Source of the DNA: Thaumarchaeota archaeon CSP1-1
Lineage (GTDB): Archaea; Thermoproteota; Nitrososphaeria; Nitrososphaerales; Nitrosopumilaceae
NCBI GenBank assembly: GCA_001443365.1
Contig: LDXL01000004.1
Coordinates: 1 to 24,000 of the forward strand
Direction of reading: 5' to 3'
Length of the DNA stretch: 24,000 nt
Shown here one piece after another: positions 8,357 through 14,759 of this stretch (position 1 is the first letter of the stretch; each line of letters starts with the position of its first letter). Position numbers and translations under genes: made by a program. Under the pieces are notes generated by a model. That model was not told the DNA's origin. It saw only the letters and a list, made by a program, of their open reading frames with translations, and did no database searches.

Positions 8357-9571
8357 ATGTATTCTGTTATTCTAACCGAATTAGGTATAGCTGTATTTGA
8401 AAATGAAAAATGTCTAAAGACATTTCCTTTTTTAGAACCTGTTGAAGATTATATTTTTGTAAAAAAGGGAGAATCACGGCTAAGTGATTTGGCAAAATTC
8501 CTATCAAATATAGAAAAAGGAATCGAGGTAAATGATCATGCGCTATTTGCAATACTCAAGAAAAAATCAATTAATGTTCAGTTGATGAGTGAAGAAGACA
8601 GTGCAAAAATCCAGTCATCAAAACCAAAAATACTACAGGCTGCAGGATTTGCAGAAGATGAAGATGATGCAATGGCAAAACTGAGAGAGTTTGCAATTTC
8701 GCTATCATCATCTAAAGTTTCAGAGGTTTCCCAAAGTCCAGATCTACATATTATCCAGGCAATTAATTCACTAGATGAAACCGATAAAATAATCAATGCA
8801 ATGAGCTCTCGACTACGAGAATGGTATGGATTGCATTTTCCCGAACTTGATAATATAATAGATAGCATAAACGGCTATTCACAAATTGTTTTGGCAGGAA
8901 GGCGAGATGATTTATCAAAAACTATCTACGAAGATGCAGGATTTCCAGAATCCAAAGTCGAGATGCTTACTCTAGTCACTGATAAAAGTCGCGGGGGCGA
9001 TATTTCAGATGCAAACCTTGCAATTGTTCAGACTCTGGCAAAACAAATACTTGAGCTATTTGATCTAAGAAAGAGTATAGAAGAGCATGTTGAAACAGAA
9101 ATGAAAAAGATAGCTCCAAATCTTTCTGTCATATTAGGTACTGCAGTTGGTGCAAGAATTCTTGCCCGTGCTGGAAGTCTCAAAAATCTTGCAGTAATGC
9201 CTGCAAGTACAATTCAGGTTTTAGGAGCAGAAAAAGCACTGTTTCGTTCGCTCAAGACAGGAGCACAGCCTCCAAAGCACGGACTATTATTCCAACATGC
9301 ACTAGTACATGCAGCACCACGTTGGCAGCGCGGAAAAATTGCAAGAGCTGTTGCAGGAAAGGCTGCCATTGGAGCTCGTGTAGACTTTCATGGTGGCGGT
9401 CTTAATCAGATGTTACTAGATAAGCTAAACATCAGGGTAGTTGAGATTGAAAAAAAATACGTAGATGCCCCACCTCCAAGGGAGATAAAGCCCGAGCCAT
9501 TTAGAGAAAGATTTAGATCAAAATTCAATAAACCCAAGGGTAAAAAGCGAAAGAAGTTTGGAAGAAGATAA
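8357..9571 (+). CDS. nop5: C/D box sRNP core protein Nop5 (Nop56/58)
   Basis: 404 aa. Nop domain motifs (LREWYGLHFPEL, APNLSVILGTAVGARILARAGSLKNLAVMPASTIQVLGAEKALFR, HGLLFQH) and a basic KKRKK tail. Immediately followed by fibrillarin. Confidence 0.9.
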   Translation: MYSVILTELGIAVFENEKCLKTFPFLEPVEDYIFVKKGESRLSDLAKFLSNIEKGIEVNDHALFAILKKKSINVQLMSEEDSAKIQSSKPKILQAAGFAEDEDDAMAKLREFAISLSSSKVSEVSQSPDLHIIQAINSLDETDKIINAMSSRLREWYGLHFPELDNIIDSINGYSQIVLAGRRDDLSKTIYEDAGFPESKVEMLTLVTDKSRGGDISDANLAIVQTLAKQILELFDLRKSIEEHVETEMKKIAPNLSVILGTAVGARILARAGSLKNLAVMPASTIQVLGAEKALFRSLKTGAQPPKHGLLFQHALVHAAPRWQRGKIARAVAGKAAIGARVDFHGGGLNQMLLDKLNIRVVEIEKKYVDAPPPREIKPEPFRERFRSKFNKPKGKKRKKFGRR

Positions 9572-10235
9572 GAATTTTTTTTGGGTTAAAGTAGATGGGC
9601 AACAAAAACTGGCAACTGAAAATCTAGTTATTGGAAACCAGGTTTACCAAGAAAAACTTGTTACAAAAAAAGGCATAGAGTACAGACTTTGGGATCCATT
9701 TAGGAGCAAACTTGCAGCAGCGATTATGAATGGATTAGAAATTTTTCCATTTGAAGAAAAATCAAAGGTGCTATACCTTGGTGTCTCCACTGGAACTACT
9801 GTCAGCCACATATCAGATATTGTAGGACCGCGAGGAATAATTTTTGGAGTCGAGCACGCAAGCAGAGTTGCAAGAGACTTTTTAGATAGAGTGGCAAGTC
9901 ACAGAAAAAATATTATTCCAATATTACAAGATGCAAGACAGCCACAGCAATATTTTTCTGTGTACAGTAAGGTCGATGTTGTTTATGTAGACATTGCACA
10001 ACCTGATCAAACAGATATAGCAATTAAAAATTGTAAAATGTTTCTAAAAGACGGAGGCTACATATTTTTAGTAATAAAAACTAGAAGCATTGATGTAACA
10101 AAGGCACCTAAAAAAATAATTGAAAATGAAATAAACAAATTAAGAGAAAATTTTGAAATTATTCAAGTAATTGATCTTATTCCATACGACAAGGATCATG
10201 CAATGGTTATTGCAAAGTATTTAGAAAAAAACTAG
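9558..10235 (+). CDS. flpA: fibrillarin-like rRNA/tRNA 2'-O-methyltransferase
   Basis: 225 aa. Motifs YRLWDPFRSKLAAAI, VLYLGVSTGTTVSHISDIVG and VVYVDIAQPDQ. It overlaps nop5 by 14 nt. The only start compatible with a full N-terminus is TTG at 9558. Confidence 0.9.
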   Translation: MEEDKNFFWVKVDGQQKLATENLVIGNQVYQEKLVTKKGIEYRLWDPFRSKLAAAIMNGLEIFPFEEKSKVLYLGVSTGTTVSHISDIVGPRGIIFGVEHASRVARDFLDRVASHRKNIIPILQDARQPQQYFSVYSKVDVVYVDIAQPDQTDIAIKNCKMFLKDGGYIFLVIKTRSIDVTKAPKKIIENEINKLRENFEIIQVIDLIPYDKDHAMVIAKYLEKN

Positions 10236-10236
10236 A

Positions 10237-10854
10237 TCATTTTAGCATTGCCTTGTATGGCTTCCAGCTCTTGCGAACAAAACTTGGCACTGCCTTACCA
10301 TCAGAGACGTAATTGGCAACAAAATCAATTGTCTTTGAATCAGATGGGTAACCACTGCCCAAATCATGATGTACTTTACGCAGTTTTGCAATGGCTCTAT
10401 CCCGATTTACCTTGGCAAGTATGGATGCCGCAGAAACTATAACAAATCTACTGTCTGCATGATGATATGACCTAATTTTACCACTTTTTGCCATTTTATC
10501 AATTTCATTTCCGTATCTTGCAGGATTGACATCACAAGAATCAACGTATGAAATATTTGGTTTGAGTTTTGAGATTACTTTGGCCATATATTTTGCTTCT
10601 AACAAATTGAGCTGGTGTTTTTTAACACTGCGGTCTATTGCTTTTGGATGAATTCTTGCAATGTAATAATTATCAGCGTACTTGATAATTTTTTCATACA
10701 GTCGTTCTCTTGCTGCAGGTGTTAGTTTCTTTGAATCACGAACCCCCATTGATGAGAGCTTTTTAATTTTAGAGGGCTTGAGGGACACGCCAGCAATTAC
10801 AAGAGGGCCCAAGAGAGAACCACGTCCTGCATCATCTACCCCACAAATGAGCAC
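10237..10854 (-). CDS. rnhB: ribonuclease HII
   Basis: 205 aa. Motifs GVDDAGRGSLLGPLVIAGV, YVDSCDV and HHADSRFVIVSAASILAKV. Convergent with flpA, with a single nucleotide between the two stops. Confidence 0.9.
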   Translation of the reverse strand: MLICGVDDAGRGSLLGPLVIAGVSLKPSKIKKLSSMGVRDSKKLTPAARERLYEKIIKYADNYYIARIHPKAIDRSVKKHQLNLLEAKYMAKVISKLKPNISYVDSCDVNPARYGNEIDKMAKSGKIRSYHHADSRFVIVSAASILAKVNRDRAIAKLRKVHHDLGSGYPSDSKTIDFVANYVSDGKAVPSFVRKSWKPYKAMLK

Positions 10855-10910
10855 AAAGGTCTTTGAAAATCTGCAAGTATTAAACCGTTTTAGTGGATCT
10901 TTTTTTTAAT

Positions 10911-11081
10911 TTACTTTATACTGCTAAGACTTTCCAACCTTTGATATTCTTTAAAGATTTTTCTTGTAATTTTTAGAAACTCTTGAGCCTCTGGGCATTC
11001 TTCAAGATGAAGTCTAAAAGTTTCCTTTTGATAAAAGACAGCACGGCAAGAACACTTGTAAGGTGCTAACTTCAAAGACAT
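10911..11081 (-). CDS. small C2HC zinc-finger-like protein (56 aa), below the ORF-track cutoff
   Basis: My own translation is MSLKLAPYKCSCRAVFYQKETFRLHLEECPEAQEFLKITRKIFKEYQRLESLSSIK, from ATG at 11081 to TAA at 10911-10913. Y-x-C-x-C-x3-F-x5-F-x2-H-x3-C resembles a C2H2/C2HC finger. Confidence 0.4.
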   Translation of the reverse strand: MSLKLAPYKCSCRAVFYQKETFRLHLEECPEAQEFLKITRKIFKEYQRLESLSSIK

Positions 11082-11186
11082 ACTATCTAATCGGTTATAG
11101 TTTAGTCATAACTCCTAGTAAGCTAGGTCTATGATTTTTCAGCTTATGATAACAGAATAGAGTCTAATTTTATTTATTTTTAGTAA

Positions 11187-11363
11187 TTAAACATCTTTTA
11201 TCTTGGATTTGACTTTTCTAATAATTTCATCAGGGATTTCTGACATTTTATGGGCCTTTTTAGCATGCTCTGATATTTTTTGAAATAACTCTTTTTCATC
11301 TTTTGCAGTAGTAGACCAAGCACAGCCATTTACTACATCGCCACATGCAAACTTTTTTGCCAT
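11187..11363 (-). CDS. DUF1059-family small metal-binding protein (58 aa), below the ORF-track cutoff
   Basis: My own translation is MAKKFACGDVVNGCAWSTTAKDEKELFQKISEHAKKAHKMSEIPDEIIRKVKSKIKDV. The pattern F-x-C-x-D-x3-C ... EHAKxxH ... PxExxxKV matches my recollection of DUF1059. Confidence 0.6.
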   Translation of the reverse strand: MAKKFACGDVVNGCAWSTTAKDEKELFQKISEHAKKAHKMSEIPDEIIRKVKSKIKDV

Positions 11364-11417
11364 ACTAATTAAACCGCGCTTTAAGAATTTAACATTATCT
11401 GCACCGAAAAAACAATT

Positions 11418-12080
11418 TTAGTAATGTCTTCTTTGTAGTGCAATGATTCCAGCTAACAAAATTAATGTAAAACCAACAACGCCTACTCCTAGTGATATTA
11501 TCAAGATCGCAAATGAGACAAAAAACAATATCTTTCCAACCTTCTTTGGTTTTTTGATAAGAAAAGAAATTGCTATAACAAAAATACATAGGACACTTGT
11601 AGCAATTCCTGCTGCGATAAATAAATTGGTAAATCCAGAAAGGTCTCGTCCTGTGTATGACTCTAAAGAAAACAGTATTCTTTCAATGGTATAGACAGCA
11701 ACCAATGAAGGAATCAAGGCAGCCAGTCCACCAAGTATTGCAAGGAGCTGGTAAAAGTTTACACCGAGATGAAAACGAAATGGAAATGAGCGTGAGCTAA
11801 ACCTTGATGAAAATACTTCAGCATCAAAGTATTTTTGCTGAGGAATTCCACAAAAGGAACAATAGTTTGAAGACTGTAAGATAGTGTTTCCACACTTGGG
11901 ACAGTTGAAAGATGTTGTTTTCTCTAAATCATTTGTCGGCTGCTCATTTTTTTCAAAATTAGCATCAATAAGTGATTCAACATACTCTATATCTGAATTG
12001 TATACCTTCTTTTTTTCAACAATAGAGTTTTTGATGTGAGTTAATCTGCTTACGTCTCCAATTCCGCTATTTATCAACAA
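11418..12080 (-). CDS. zinc-ribbon membrane protein (N-terminal cytoplasmic region, CxxC-x12-CxxC ribbon, about 4 TM helices)
   Basis: 220 aa. Zinc ribbon CPKCGNTILQSSNYCSFCG followed by hydrophobic helices (LLAILGGLAALIPSLVAV, FIAAGIATSVLCIFVIAISF, ILFFVSFAILIISLGVGVVGFTLILLAGIIAL). There is no ATG before the zinc ribbon, so the start is TTG 12080 or another non-ATG codon. Confidence 0.6.
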   Translation of the reverse strand: MLINSGIGDVSRLTHIKNSIVEKKKVYNSDIEYVESLIDANFEKNEQPTNDLEKTTSFNCPKCGNTILQSSNYCSFCGIPQQKYFDAEVFSSRFSSRSFPFRFHLGVNFYQLLAILGGLAALIPSLVAVYTIERILFSLESYTGRDLSGFTNLFIAAGIATSVLCIFVIAISFLIKKPKKVGKILFFVSFAILIISLGVGVVGFTLILLAGIIALQRRHY

Positions 12081-12277
12081 CTCTACTTTGCCAAGTAATG
12101 ATTTGATCTTCTTTCACCTATGAAATGTCTAGTTCCAACTTTCCATATTAAAGAATTTATCATAATTTATCTTACAAAATTAATAACATAATTTTTGCTG
12201 TCTCATATTATTCCATGTCACGATATGTTGATAGCAAGTCTTAATTGATTGGGCACGTACATTTGAATCCTGAGAGT

Positions 12278-13663
12278 ATGACAAAGGTAGCCCCCCTCCC
12301 CCCCGCACCAGTTTTAATGACTTGTTTTGGCCACTGTGGGATAGGATTAGGAGCCGAGACTTATCGTAGATTATTGCTTGATGTTGGGGCAAATCCATTA
12401 AAGCCAACTATTAAAAGCGCAAAGGAAGAGTCCAGAGTTTTAAAACGATATGGAAGCACCATACTCCGATTCGCTCCTTCCTATGGAACAGGTGAGATTC
12501 CACTTATACCAAGAGCCCTACTTGTTGATTTAGATCCAAGGGCTGCAAACCTGATACTTCAATCATACCCAGACCTTTTTGCATTACGTGAAAAACATGT
12601 GATACATGGAGCTGGCGGTGCTGCAAGGAATTGGGCTGAAGGAAGGACAAGATTCACCCAAGAGATGAAATCAAAAGAGGAGATCCAAAAACATCTAACT
12701 GCGCTCTCACCAGAACCAGTGCGAGGATTTATCGTTCCTTTTGCCATGGGTGGCGGCACAGGTAGTTCGTTTGCAAGCTCATTTATTGAATTTGTAAAAA
12801 AAGATTCTAAAGAGCATGCTACAGTTGCTACTTTTGGATTGCTTCCAGAATTTGGATGGGATCCAGTAATTTTTGAGGCAGCTGCAATAAACATTGTCAT
12901 GAATCTTGAATATCAGATAAAATACAGTGATTGTTCTATATTATTTTCAAACAAAACTCTAAGACAACTAGCACACCAACATGAAAAAAGATTACAAAAA
13001 ATTCCATCCATAATTGATGACTTGCCTAAAGAACAGGAAGTTGGATGGAAGGAGTACAAGGGAATGAATCTGATTGCAGCAAATGCAATTTCGATGTTTA
13101 TTTCCTCATTTGCAAGAGAGACAGAATGGGATATGTCAAATTATAGAACGTGGTTAACGACAAAGAGACCAAAGTTTGCAATACCATGGGCAATCCCTGT
13201 AATTGCAGAAGAAAGTCAATGGAACAAGGAATTGCTTGGTGGAAGATCAAACACAATGGATGACGTAATAACTAGAATAGGAAAAAGAGAGGATGCGCTT
13301 CTTTTTGACATTGATGAAAATGACATTAGAAACAAGGGTGGCAAAAAGGATTCCTGCTGTGTTTTGGTAAAAATTAGAGGAGAGTTTGATATCAAAGAAC
13401 GTGAAACGATTAAACGAATTATCAAAGATAAATTCAATATCGAAGAATCCAGAATGATTTTTGTAAAAATTCCAATTATGGATGGAGAACAGGCAAATGT
13501 CACCATCTTGGTCAATACTAAAGCCATAGGACCAAAAATTCTTGAAATTGCAACAGAGGCAGAAGAATCATGGGATGGTTATAAAGAAGAATATGGAAGG
13601 TGGGGCCTATCAACAGAAGAATTCAAACAAGGATTGATGGATGTAGTCCACCAATTTAGCTAA
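12278..13663 (+). CDS. tubulin-like GTPase (artubulin-type, tubulin/FtsZ superfamily)
   Basis: Motifs line up with eukaryotic tubulin. CFGHCGIGLG matches GQCGNQIG. IPRALLVDLDPRAANL matches VPRAxLVDLEPGTMD. GAGGAARNWAEG matches GAGNNWAKG. GGGTGSS matches the signature GGGTGSG. DMSNYRTWLTTKRPKFAIPWAIPV matches [25 protein letters not shown]. The track ORF begins at TTG 12245, but ATG 12278 (MTKVAPLPPAPVLMTCFGHCG) is the likelier start. Confidence 0.85.
   Translation: MTKVAPLPPAPVLMTCFGHCGIGLGAETYRRLLLDVGANPLKPTIKSAKEESRVLKRYGSTILRFAPSYGTGEIPLIPRALLVDLDPRAANLILQSYPDLFALREKHVIHGAGGAARNWAEGRTRFTQEMKSKEEIQKHLTALSPEPVRGFIVPFAMGGGTGSSFASSFIEFVKKDSKEHATVATFGLLPEFGWDPVIFEAAAINIVMNLEYQIKYSDCSILFSNKTLRQLAHQHEKRLQKIPSIIDDLPKEQEVGWKEYKGMNLIAANAISMFISSFARETEWDMSNYRTWLTTKRPKFAIPWAIPVIAEESQWNKELLGGRSNTMDDVITRIGKREDALLFDIDENDIRNKGGKKDSCCVLVKIRGEFDIKERETIKRIIKDKFNIEESRMIFVKIPIMDGEQANVTILVNTKAIGPKILEIATEAEESWDGYKEEYGRWGLSTEEFKQGLMDVVHQFS
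12291..12304 (+). repeat. C6-T-C7 homopolymeric tract inside the 5' end of the tubulin-like CDS
   Basis: Read directly as cccccctccccccc at 12291-12304, encoding part of APLPPAP. It is conspicuous in an otherwise AT-rich window. Confidence 0.9.
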
Positions 13664-13678
13664 AGGGCTTTTACTAAA

Positions 13679-14233
13679 ATGGCTGATTTTAATTTTCTTG
13701 AAAAAACTGCAGTAAGAATAAAAGAAAATAGAGCAAAATTAGCTCAGCTAGAAGAATCTCTTGCATACGTTAACACAGAAATACACGAGATTCCTCTAAA
13801 GCGCAACACCGAATCAACCTTTGCAAAGATTATTGGAATTGGATATGATGACAGAATAGATGAGCTTAAAAAATCAAAAGATAATCTTGAAAATCAAATA
13901 AAAAATTTGAGCGATGCAGTAACCTCCGACATGTCCTCATTTATTTCTGAAATTAGTTCACCAGATTTGGTGATCCCACTAGAACCAAATCCTAACCTGA
14001 AAGATGGCAAAACAATTTACAAGTATCGTGATGGTGCAAAATTTAATAATATTTTTGATGTATTAAGCGAATTGTTAGGCCTAAGTGCTCCACTTGTTGT
14101 AAAGGATGTCATGCTTTCTTCAACAGAGATAACAATTGCAACACGCGAAGAATTTGAGGCAAAACAAAAGTTTATCAGCGCCATGAATGAAATTCAAAAA
14201 ACCCTACTGATTAAAAAAAGTCATAAACCATAA
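13679..14233 (+). CDS. hypothetical coiled-coil protein co-oriented with the tubulin-like gene
   Basis: 184 aa. It starts 15 nt after the artubulin stop. The N-terminal segments are heptad-like (IKENRAKLAQLEESLAYVNTEIHEI; IDELKKSKDNLENQIKNLSDAV) and are followed by a C-terminal globular part. I recognised no family. Confidence 0.6.
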   Translation: MADFNFLEKTAVRIKENRAKLAQLEESLAYVNTEIHEIPLKRNTESTFAKIIGIGYDDRIDELKKSKDNLENQIKNLSDAVTSDMSSFISEISSPDLVIPLEPNPNLKDGKTIYKYRDGAKFNNIFDVLSELLGLSAPLVVKDVMLSSTEITIATREEFEAKQKFISAMNEIQKTLLIKKSHKP

Positions 14234-14348
14234 TAATCTAGTACAGATTAATCAAAACTAAATGTTACTTTGATCAAATCCTCAAAAAAATTCTAAATGG
14301 TTCAAAATTCAAGAAATTAACTTTGCTCTACAAAAATTGATTTTATTT

Positions 14349-14486
14349 TCAATTTTCTCTGTGAGTTTGAAAACATTCTTTGCAATAAACTGGTCTGTCC
14401 TCTTTTGGCTTGAATGGTATCTCACATTCGTTTCCACAGTCACCGCAAGTTGCTTTGAACATTTCTCGCTCTCTATCAAATGGCAT
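14349..14486 (-). CDS. small CxxC-x17-CxxC zinc-ribbon protein (45 aa), below the ORF-track cutoff
   Basis: My own translation is MPFDREREMFKATCGDCGNECEIPFKPKEDRPVYCKECFQTHREN. C-x2-C ... (V/I)PFKP ... RPVYC-x2-C is the hallmark of the widespread CxxC-x17-CxxC domain family. Confidence 0.55.
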   Translation of the reverse strand: MPFDREREMFKATCGDCGNECEIPFKPKEDRPVYCKECFQTHREN

Positions 14487-14759
14487 ATCTTACTAAAAAA
14501 ATGAAAAATTATGCTTTTATTAAACTATTGTAAAATTATTTTCCTTGAAGCCAACTAGATAAGAAATCTAATGAAACTTTAGTTACTGAATACCCTACTT
14601 GGAAGGAAAAATATATCATTTTAGTATGCATTTTTTAATGATTTTAGAGTGATTGATTTTTGCATTACAACATAAAATGGTCAAATTAATAAAACTCAAA
14701 CGATACTGGCAGGAAACATTTACAGAACCATTATAGGGGAAATAATTTTAGAATTCTGA

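Noticed and set aside
11114-11127. Short hairpin cctag-taag-ctagg between the two small minus-strand ORFs
   Set aside because: It has only a 5-bp stem and no adjacent oligo-T tract on the transcribed strand. It is too weak to call a terminator or regulatory structure.
12180-12407. 75-aa minus-strand ORF spanning the artubulin start region and the C-rich tract
   Set aside because: It overlaps the 5' end of the well-supported tubulin-like CDS on the opposite strand. Its GGGG stretch is simply the complement of the C-tract, and it has no independent support.
12559-13527. Minus-strand ORFs 12559-12900 (113 aa) and 13216-13527 (103 aa)
   Set aside because: They are antisense shadows inside the tubulin-like gene. 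The translations are Ser/Pro/Ile-rich with no motifs.
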